DNA of 15,385 nt from contig JBHLQH010000058.1 in NCBI GenBank assembly GCA_048884965.1, positions 1 to 15,385 on the forward strand, written 5' to 3'. This DNA comes from Candidatus Thorarchaeota archaeon (GTDB lineage: Archaea; Asgardarchaeota; Thorarchaeia; Thorarchaeales; Thorarchaeaceae). Shown in pieces: positions 1 to 7,465 of this stretch (positions within the stretch are counted from its first letter, which is position 1; the number at the start of each line of letters is the position of its first letter). The position numbers and the translations under genes are program-made. The notes under the pieces were generated by a model, which saw nothing but the letters and a program-made list of their open reading frames with translations, searched no databases and had not been told where the DNA came from.

Positions 1-1941
1 GTGAATGAAATGACATTTCCATACAAGGGATATGCTGGATATTATCTTGATATTGATTTGACAAAAGGGAAGATTCACAAGAAGGAGATGGAAGAGGAAT
101 GGGCTCGTCTTTACCTTGGAGGAGCAGGCGTAGCTGCCAGAATCCTTTGGGAACGAACAGGTCCTAGAACAGACCCGCTTTCACCTGATAATGTCCTCAT
201 CGCTGGAACGGGACCTTTGACTGGTGTCATGTTCTCGCCATCAGGGAGGATGATGTTCGCTGGGAAAGGACCATTGACCGGAGTATGGGCGGAATCCCAT
301 GTAGGTGGGTTCTTCGGTCCAGAGATGAAGTACGCAGGCTTCGACTTTGTTATCCTCAATGGACGGTCCCCAAAACCAGTCTACATCTACATGAATGACG
401 GAGAAGCTGAGTTGCGTGATGCCTCACATCTCTGGGGCAAGGAAACTGATGTCACAACCGATATGATACGAGAGGAACACAAGGACCCTGACCTCAAGAC
501 CGCAGTGATTGGTCCAGCAGGGGAGAACCAAGTTCTCTATGGTGCAATCATTGTTGACTATTATCGCGCAGCAGGAAGAGCGGGTCTTGGGACAATCATG
601 GGCTCCAAGAACGTGAAGGGTTTTGCTGCAAGCGGCTCACTCGGTCTAGAAGCCTATGATATGGACAAATATCTGGAAGCAAATGAAGTCGAAATGAATC
701 GGCTTCGCGATCCAATTTGGACTGACTCCCTCGGATCACTCAGAAAGTACGGTACTACCGATCTCGTCGCCATAATCAACGAGATTGGGCGAATGCCTAC
801 AAAGAATCACTGGACTGGATATTATGAGGAAGCAGATTCTATTGGACCAGAAATCATTGCAGAGAAATACAGGATTGGTCAAGAGGCCTGTCACGGATGT
901 GCTGTTGGATGCAAATATATCATCCGTGTAAAGGATGGTGAATATGCGACGGGACCGATAGGAGGGCCAGAGTATGAAACTCTCATGGCATTCGGATCGA
1001 ATTGCATGAATCCCAATGTAGAGTCGGTGTTCCATCTTGGCAAGCGGTGCGACCTGCTCGGGATGGACACAATCTCTTGTGGCAAGACTATTGGCTTCGC
1101 TTTGGAACTTTGGGAGAAGGGCATAATCACAGCAAAGGATACTGATGGATTGGAACTCACTTGGGGTAACGATGAAGTCATGGCCAAACTTGTCGAGATG
1201 ATTGCCAAACAGGAGGGCTTCGGAAAAATCCTGGCACAAGGAACACGAAAGGCTGCAGAGATCATCGGAGGAGATGCCTGGAAATACGCAGTCCATGTAA
1301 AGGGGCTTGAGGCATCTGGTCAAGACCCAAGGGCGCATCAATCCATTGGACTCACCTATGCGACCAATGTACGAGGAGCTGACCACCTGAGAAGCCTATC
1401 AAGCCTTGAAGAGCTAGGCTATCCAGAGATAGCCATCGCAAGATTCGGAGAGGACAAGGCCGAGGAGATCCTTCAGATTATGAATCCCACGCATAAGGGA
1501 GAGCTAGTCAAGGACATGGAAGACCTCTACGCGCTGACGGACTCGGCGGTCATATGCAAGTACGCGGTTATGTGGCCTCCCGTCTACTACTATGAAACCT
1601 TTGCAAATGTCATTGCTCCATTGACGGGCATGAAAGAATGGGCGGATTTGAGGTACGTCAAGACCGCCGCAGAAAGGATAAGCCATCTGAGACGTGCATA
1701 CAATCATCGTCTTGGTATCACGAGAAAGGAAGAAAACCTCCCTCCGCGACTTCTTTCAGAGCCTATGCCAACGGGGCCCTCAAAGGGAGGGCTCCCAGAT
1801 CTTGATATCATGCTTGATGAGTACTATGACTTTCGAGGTTGTGACAGGGAAACAGGCTATCCACAAAAAGAGAAACTTGAGAGTCTGGATCTAAGCTTCG
1901 TTGTAGAGGATCTGGCAAAGAGGAAGATGCTCGCTCGCTAG
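1..1941 (+). CDS. aor: Tungsten-containing aldehyde:ferredoxin oxidoreductase family large subunit (paralog 1)
   Basis: 646-aa ORF with AOR motifs: KGPLTGVWAESHVGG, AAGRAGLGTIMGSKNVK, [4Fe-4S] motif CHGCAVGC (889-912), GPEYET, GMDTIS, RGADH, CKY. Start is GTG at 1 or ATG at 10. Confidence 0.93.
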   Translation: MNEMTFPYKGYAGYYLDIDLTKGKIHKKEMEEEWARLYLGGAGVAARILWERTGPRTDPLSPDNVLIAGTGPLTGVMFSPSGRMMFAGKGPLTGVWAESHVGGFFGPEMKYAGFDFVILNGRSPKPVYIYMNDGEAELRDASHLWGKETDVTTDMIREEHKDPDLKTAVIGPAGENQVLYGAIIVDYYRAAGRAGLGTIMGSKNVKGFAASGSLGLEAYDMDKYLEANEVEMNRLRDPIWTDSLGSLRKYGTTDLVAIINEIGRMPTKNHWTGYYEEADSIGPEIIAEKYRIGQEACHGCAVGCKYIIRVKDGEYATGPIGGPEYETLMAFGSNCMNPNVESVFHLGKRCDLLGMDTISCGKTIGFALELWEKGIITAKDTDGLELTWGNDEVMAKLVEMIAKQEGFGKILAQGTRKAAEIIGGDAWKYAVHVKGLEASGQDPRAHQSIGLTYATNVRGADHLRSLSSLEELGYPEIAIARFGEDKAEEILQIMNPTHKGELVKDMEDLYALTDSAVICKYAVMWPPVYYYETFANVIAPLTGMKEWADLRYVKTAAERISHLRRAYNHRLGITRKEENLPPRLLSEPMPTGPSKGGLPDLDIMLDEYYDFRGCDRETGYPQKEKLESLDLSFVVEDLAKRKMLAR

Positions 1942-1984
1942 ATACCTTCATAGATTGGCAAGTCTTATCACATAGTACAGGGAA

Positions 1985-3091
1985 GTGGATAATATGGTAG
2001 ACCTAGACATTGAGATTGCAGGACTCAGATTCAGGAATCCCGTTTTTACGGCTGCAGGACCTACTTCTAGGGATGGAATGACTCTCCTAAATGCTGCAGC
2101 TGGTGGAGCTGGTGGATTGGTAGCAAAGACTGTGAGTGTTAGACCTGCTGAAGTTCCCAAACCGAATATGGCGGCTGTGGCGAATACCAGGGTAGGATCT
2201 CGTCGAGGTATGCTCAACGCAGAACTCTGGAGTGAGCTACCGCTAGAGCAGTGGTTAGAGAGGGAGTATGCTATTGCACTAAGCTCGACGCTACCCCTTA
2301 TTGCTAGTCTCGGGTACACACCAGAAGAGGTTTCTAAGATAGCACCAAAGATAGAGGCAGCTGGTGTCCATGCCCTTGAATTCTCGACGCACTATGTAGG
2401 AGGCCATGTGGACATCGCAAAAGCACTACGAGAATCTGTAGACATCCCCATCTTTGCGAAACTGAGCCCGAAGGTTGATGTCGCTGCAGTAGCGAAAGAA
2501 GTTGAGCCCTATGTCGATGGAATAGTCGCAATAAACTCGTTCGGACCTTGCCTACGTATAAACATCGAAACTGGAAGACCAATGCTTGGAAGTGAACAAG
2601 GACTTGGGTGGATGAGTGGTGCGGCTATCAAACCAATTGCTATGAAATGTGTGGCTGATATCGCAAATACTGTCGATCTCCCGGTCATCGCAGTTGGAGG
2701 TGTATCATCAGGAACAGATGCGATAGAGTTCGTGATGGCAGGTGCCTCTGCAGTTGAGGTCTGTACAGCTTCCATAATGGAGGGTCAAACGGTCTATGGT
2801 CAGATCGCAGGTGAGATGGAAGATTGGCTTGAGAATCATGGCTATGACTCGGTACTGGATATCAAAGGACTAGCCTTGAAGCACCTTGGAGACCCCGTGG
2901 ATCTCACAGAGGAGCCTATGGTGGACTTGGAGAAGTGCACCCTCTGTGGGCTATGTCCAAAGTCATGCGTCTATCACGCGATTACTGTTGATAAGAAGAA
3001 GAACATCTTCTTCATTGACGAAGAGAAATGTCAGAGATGCGGTATGTGTATCTCAGTCTGCCCATATAATGCACTAAGCGTTGGAACCTAG
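1985..3091 (+). CDS. Dihydroorotate/dihydropyrimidine dehydrogenase (PreA-like) FMN TIM-barrel protein with C-terminal 2x[4Fe-4S] domain; atypical active site
   Basis: NPVFTAAGP, VAKT, AKLSP, AINS, GWMSGAAIKP, AVGGV and GASAVEVCT match DHODH/DPD class 1. C-terminal CTLCGLCPKSC and CQRCGMCISVCP motifs. The usual ELNxSCP loop is replaced by EFSTHY. Start is GTG 1985 or ATG 1994. Confidence 0.85.
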   Translation: MDNMVDLDIEIAGLRFRNPVFTAAGPTSRDGMTLLNAAAGGAGGLVAKTVSVRPAEVPKPNMAAVANTRVGSRRGMLNAELWSELPLEQWLEREYAIALSSTLPLIASLGYTPEEVSKIAPKIEAAGVHALEFSTHYVGGHVDIAKALRESVDIPIFAKLSPKVDVAAVAKEVEPYVDGIVAINSFGPCLRINIETGRPMLGSEQGLGWMSGAAIKPIAMKCVADIANTVDLPVIAVGGVSSGTDAIEFVMAGASAVEVCTASIMEGQTVYGQIAGEMEDWLENHGYDSVLDIKGLALKHLGDPVDLTEEPMVDLEKCTLCGLCPKSCVYHAITVDKKKNIFFIDEEKCQRCGMCISVCPYNALSVGT

Positions 3092-4293
3092 AGATACATC
3101 ATATCATCGAGCCCAGGAGTGAGCCGCTCCGGCTTCCCCGATCTGACAACATAGTCATTCTCCATACGCACTCCGCCGAACTTCTTTAGATAGACACCGG
3201 GCTCAATGGCTACGACATGTCCTTTCTCATAGAGGGCTTCGCGCTCGTACATGCTAGGTTTCTCATGGACAGCCAACCCAATCCCGTGTCCAAGTCCATG
3301 CGTCATGCCTTCCTCTGCACTAGGATTCAATCTTGAGGAATCAAAGCCCTTCTCCTTGAGAGTATTATAGCAGGCTAAGTTGACCTCATCCATTGTGACT
3401 CCTTCTCTCAAGGCATCAATCACTGCATCAGCAGCTGCAAGAACCCCATCGAACATCTCTCGAACCTTCGGTTCAGGGTTTCCCTTGACAACCGTTCGAG
3501 TAACATCAGCGACATACATCTCTCTTTTGAGACGTGGGAATACATCCATAATAATTGGCATTCCCGCCTTGAGGGGATCATCAGGTTCTCCTAGATAGTG
3601 CCAGTCGAAAGCTTTGGTGCCAACTGCGATGATAGCATCTTCAGCTGATTCAGCTCCTTGGTCCAGTAGGAAATGATCTAACGCCTTCTTGATGACCCCG
3701 ACTGTAAGAGGTTTTCCACTCCACATCAGATTGTCATTACTACCAATATCTGCATCTTTTATCATCTCCAGAATCTGAGTGATTGCATCGATAGTAGCAG
3801 ATCCAGCTTTCCTGATCAGATCGACCTCACGATTAGACTTGGTAGCTCGAGCATCCATGAGAAGATCAGGGACTGGCTTAACATCAAATCCTAAACCCTG
3901 GATTGCAAGAAGATGTGATGCTGGGATATGCTCTGGTACGCCAATGACTTGTCCTGAGAAGACATTGTCAAGAATCTCTTTGTACACCATCTCTGGATGA
4001 TTCCTAGCTCTTTTCCCAGAAGCCATCAAGGATCGATATAGCTCCGTCAGGTCATATGTTCTCTTGATGAATCCCTGAGTCTTTACACGGTCAAGGGTAT
4101 GAAACCCAGCAGCGACAACTGTCTCCTCACCGCGATTATGAATGGCAATGATCTCATCAGGCGACCTGAAGCCGGTCATCCAATAAATATCTGGTACTTC
4201 GAAGGCATTCCCGACCAGAATGATCGAATCAATGCCGATATCTTCCAGCAGTCCATCTAGATCTTCAATCATACTCTCCACTTCGTCATTCAC
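3088..4293 (-). CDS. M24-family metallopeptidase (Xaa-Pro aminopeptidase/dipeptidase-like)
   Basis: Pita-bread metal ligands are intact: MDVFPR..YVADVTRT, HGLGHGIGLAVHEKP, AIEPGVY, GGVRMEND. N-terminal creatinase-like domain. Confidence 0.92.
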   Translation of the reverse strand: MNDEVESMIEDLDGLLEDIGIDSIILVGNAFEVPDIYWMTGFRSPDEIIAIHNRGEETVVAAGFHTLDRVKTQGFIKRTYDLTELYRSLMASGKRARNHPEMVYKEILDNVFSGQVIGVPEHIPASHLLAIQGLGFDVKPVPDLLMDARATKSNREVDLIRKAGSATIDAITQILEMIKDADIGSNDNLMWSGKPLTVGVIKKALDHFLLDQGAESAEDAIIAVGTKAFDWHYLGEPDDPLKAGMPIIMDVFPRLKREMYVADVTRTVVKGNPEPKVREMFDGVLAAADAVIDALREGVTMDEVNLACYNTLKEKGFDSSRLNPSAEEGMTHGLGHGIGLAVHEKPSMYEREALYEKGHVVAIEPGVYLKKFGGVRMENDYVVRSGKPERLTPGLDDMMYL

Positions 4294-4343
4294 GTGAAAG
4301 CAAATACACTAGAAAAGCGTTGTCAAAGAAGCCATCATATAGC

Positions 4344-5228
4344 CTAAATATACGAGCTCATACGTTTTTCGACCAGAGCGCGAGTTGGAAGATTGTAGGG
4401 ACCCACGTGCTCAAGGTTATAGGAAGCACAAGTAGCTCCAAAGAGACCTGCACGTCTGACATCTCCTGTCCGCATGTATTCTAGGAGGAATCCGATGATG
4501 TAGGTATCACCAGACCCGGTGGTATCGACCATAGCATCAGCGATGACCATTGGTACATCGATCCTTGAGTTCCGAGTATATATCGTAGAACCAGCTTGAT
4601 CCTTAGTGACAATAACAATACGCGGGCCAACTGATTGAATCTTGGTCACCAATGCCATCTCAGTACCCGTACCTGTTGTGAGCTCAAGCTCAGCTTTATC
4701 ACATTTTACGACATCAACGTAGCGGAGAACCTGCATAGCGTCAGTCCAGAGCCTAGGAATGACCTTTCCATTATCCACAGTCCTCGTGTACCCCTGAACA
4801 TCAAGAGATACAAGTGCGCCATATTGTCTAGCAGATTCAATGCAAGAGAAATGCACTTCATGCATCAAAGGTGAGAAATGAATGATATTCGCTTGAAGGT
4901 GTGCAAGAAGAAGATCAGATGCACGGATCTCGGGGGCGATGGCATCCACTCGCTGAGTCCTTTTCCCGTGGGCATCATATTCGTTGACAAATCGCGTTGA
5001 ATGATTTCCAGCTGTACGAAAGCCACTCAGGTCCAAATTCGATTCTTTCAGGACGTTTATGTATTCCTGCTCAAAATCAGACCCGACCCTGGTGACAATT
5101 CCTGCACCAAGAGCTCCAAGATGAGGTGCTATCATTGCATAGGCAGTACCGCCACCCAATGCCTCGCGCGTATAGTCGGGAGTGACTATCAAGTCCCTAC
5201 TAAGGTGGCCTACAACAACTATCTCCAA
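4344..5228 (-). CDS. PfkB/ribokinase-family kinase (resembles the archaeal myo-inositol kinase-like clade)
   Basis: VVVGHLSRD, ALGGGTAY, DVQGYTR, KCDKAE and VDTTGSGD motifs. Start moved from 5339 to TTG at 5228 because GGAGGT (5235-5240, minus strand) precedes it, the fold begins there, and the longer ORF would overlap moaD. Confidence 0.88.
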   Translation of the reverse strand: MEIVVVGHLSRDLIVTPDYTREALGGGTAYAMIAPHLGALGAGIVTRVGSDFEQEYINVLKESNLDLSGFRTAGNHSTRFVNEYDAHGKRTQRVDAIAPEIRASDLLLAHLQANIIHFSPLMHEVHFSCIESARQYGALVSLDVQGYTRTVDNGKVIPRLWTDAMQVLRYVDVVKCDKAELELTTGTGTEMALVTKIQSVGPRIVIVTKDQAGSTIYTRNSRIDVPMVIADAMVDTTGSGDTYIIGFLLEYMRTGDVRRAGLFGATCASYNLEHVGPYNLPTRALVEKRMSSYI

Positions 5229-5319
5229 TAGCGAACCTCCTTCATTTTGTCTACCTACCATAGCCGTCATAAGCGTTAAAATCTGTTGTATCCTTGCTTT
5301 TGAGGTGCTGTGATTCAGA

Positions 5320-5601
5320 ATGGCAACAATAACCGTCAAGTTCTTCGCAACTGTCCGCGAAAAAACAGGAATTGGGAAGATTGAGATGGAGGCTGAGGAT
5401 ATCAGAGGACTCCTTCAGCAACTCAGGATAAAGTATGGGAAACAGTTCGAGGAAACGGTCATCGACCCTGAAACCCAAGAGCTGAAGCGTTTCTTCTCAT
5501 GTATGATCAATGGGAAACGGATCGAGCTTCTTGAGGGATATGACACCAAACTCCAAGATGGCGATGCAGTGGCGCTCTTCCCACCCGTTGGAGGAGGATG
5601 A
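5320..5601 (+). CDS. moaD: MoaD/ThiS/SAMP ubiquitin-like sulfur carrier
   Basis: 93 aa; VKFFATVRE N-terminus, INGK, LQDGDAVALFPPVGGG C-terminal diglycine. First gene of an operon containing an AOR. Confidence 0.9.
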   Translation: MATITVKFFATVREKTGIGKIEMEAEDIRGLLQQLRIKYGKQFEETVIDPETQELKRFFSCMINGKRIELLEGYDTKLQDGDAVALFPPVGGG

Positions 5602-6977
5602 GGGTGAGTACTGCAGACCTTGTGATAAGGAATGCCAAGTTACTCCTTGAATCAGGTATCGTCGGAGGAGGCATAGCTATTCTAGATGGTAGGATATGTG
5701 CCATTGCTTCAGATGACCATCTGCCCAAAGGTGAAGAGGTCATTGATGCAAAGGGCAACATCGTGATGCCAGGCCTGATAGATGGCCATGCACACATCCA
5801 TGATAGTCAGATGGATGACCATGAGGATTTCACAAGTGGATCACGCGCTGCAGCAGCTGGTGGAATAACGACCATCATTGACATGCCACTCGTTACTCAG
5901 ATGGACTCAGAGGAAGCACTTGACGCCAAGATACAATCAGGAACAGAGATGTCCCTTGTGGATTTCTCATTCAATGGTGGCATGTTGAAGGAATCTAATT
6001 ACATAATGATCGAACGCCTCCTTGAGAGAGGTGTGGGAACCTTCAAAGCGTTTACCTGTGAACCGTTCTATGCTAATACAGGGACGATTGTAAAAGGATT
6101 AAGCGAGGTCTCTGAGCATGGAGGCATAATCATCATCCATTCCGAGGATCAAGGAGTACTGGATGAGTTTGCAAAGGACCTAGATGGTGAATGGGATGCC
6201 CCCATCAGTCATTCTCTGAGTAGACCACCTCTCGCAGAACAGCTAGCAGTCAAACAGAACATAGCAATCGCTGAACAGACAGGCGGACACCTCCATATTG
6301 CGCATATCACGACAAGGAACGGAATCCATGAGATCGAACAGGGACGACTTCGGGGAGTCACGGTCACAACAGAAGTCTGTCCGCATCATCTTGTATTCTA
6401 TAGAGATGATATGAATCGTCTAGGTCCTAAGAGTAAGCTGAATCCACCTCTCAGGACTAAGGAGGATAGAGGGGCCCTATGGTCTGCGTTGCTCCGAGGC
6501 TCAATAGAGATGATAGTTAGCGACCATGCGCCTTGTCCCATTGCTAAGAAGGAGGCAGGAGAGGATGATATCCGGTGCGGGTGGGCAGGAGTCGATGGTA
6601 TCCAAATGATCCTACGAGTATTGCTTTCAGAGGGAATCAACCGAGGAAGGATATCCTTTGCTAGACTTCTTCAGATTGCATCCTCGAATCCAGCGAAGAT
6701 CTTCGGACTCTATCCAAGGAAGGGCACTCTACAGATAGGTTCTGATGCTGACTTCGTCATTGTTGACCCCGGAAGGGAGGACACAATCAATGCAGATATG
6801 ATGTTCTCCAAGTGCGGCTGGACGATATATGAAGGCATGAAGTTCACCGGTGCACCTATCATGACCTTTGTAAGAGGTATCAAGGTATTCGAAGAAGATA
6901 GAACCACAATTAAGCCAGGTCACGGGCGATTCCAACCAATGGGACAGGTTCCTGACCTTCGGAGAGATGACATTTGA
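5598..6977 (+). CDS. Cyclic amidohydrolase (allantoinase/dihydropyrimidinase/dihydroorotase family)
   Basis: PGLIDGHAH, AAAAGGITT, FKAF (carbamylated Lys), IHSED, HIAH, EVCPHHL, KLNPPLR, SDHAP, NPAKIFGL. No Arg after the HxH motif, so probably not a true dihydroorotase. ATGA overlap with moaD. Confidence 0.9.
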   Translation: MRVSTADLVIRNAKLLLESGIVGGGIAILDGRICAIASDDHLPKGEEVIDAKGNIVMPGLIDGHAHIHDSQMDDHEDFTSGSRAAAAGGITTIIDMPLVTQMDSEEALDAKIQSGTEMSLVDFSFNGGMLKESNYIMIERLLERGVGTFKAFTCEPFYANTGTIVKGLSEVSEHGGIIIIHSEDQGVLDEFAKDLDGEWDAPISHSLSRPPLAEQLAVKQNIAIAEQTGGHLHIAHITTRNGIHEIEQGRLRGVTVTTEVCPHHLVFYRDDMNRLGPKSKLNPPLRTKEDRGALWSALLRGSIEMIVSDHAPCPIAKKEAGEDDIRCGWAGVDGIQMILRVLLSEGINRGRISFARLLQIASSNPAKIFGLYPRKGTLQIGSDADFVIVDPGREDTINADMMFSKCGWTIYEGMKFTGAPIMTFVRGIKVFEEDRTTIKPGHGRFQPMGQVPDLRRDDI

Positions 6978-7465
6978 TTGAACACAAGTTCGTTTACGGA
7001 GATCCTGAGATTTGCACAGGCTGCATGATATGCGTCACGACCTGCAGTATGTTCTACTATAAGGTCATCAGCCCAGCGCGATCGCGTGTGCGAGTCATGA
7101 GAGTCGAGCCAGGACTTGATTTCCCACTATTCTGTCAGAACTGTGATGATGCCCCATGTATGGAAGCCTGTCCGGAAGAAGCAATCACTCGAACCACCAA
7201 GGGCATCTTGATAGTGAATAATGGAAAATGCGTAGGGCATGGTGCATGCGTCGCAGCGTGCCCCTATAATGCAATCATCATCAATCCAGACACAGGAAAA
7301 GCAATCAAATGCATCCAATGTGGGCAGTGTGTGAAGCGTTGTCCTGTTCAAGCGATTTGGACGACCACTCAAGATGGCCTAAAAGAAAGGGACAAAGATG
7401 GGCGTCTTGCAAGTATCTATGAGGAACATAAGGAGGTCCTCTACGAGAAGGAGGGACCTACATGA
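6974..7465 (+). CDS. 4x[Fe-S] electron-transfer subunit (DmsB/CooF/HydN-like), probable AOR small subunit
   Basis: Four Cys groups: CTGCMICVTTC, CQNCDDAPCMEACP, CVGHGACVAACP, CIQCGQCVKRCP. TTGA overlap upstream and ATGA overlap with the downstream AOR gene. Confidence 0.9.
   Translation: MIEHKFVYGDPEICTGCMICVTTCSMFYYKVISPARSRVRVMRVEPGLDFPLFCQNCDDAPCMEACPEEAITRTTKGILIVNNGKCVGHGACVAACPYNAIIINPDTGKAIKCIQCGQCVKRCPVQAIWTTTQDGLKERDKDGRLASIYEEHKEVLYEKEGPT

Noticed and set aside
111-1894. Alternative-frame and antisense ORFs in the track (e.g. 736-1386, 1948-2319, 8469-8814, 11007-11417, 13233-13616, 15121-15375)
   Set aside because: They overlap well-supported genes and show no recognisable motifs; treated as shadow ORFs.
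5229-5339. N-terminal extension of the PfkB ORF
   Set aside because: It overlaps the divergent moaD gene, and a better RBS-supported TTG start exists at 5228.
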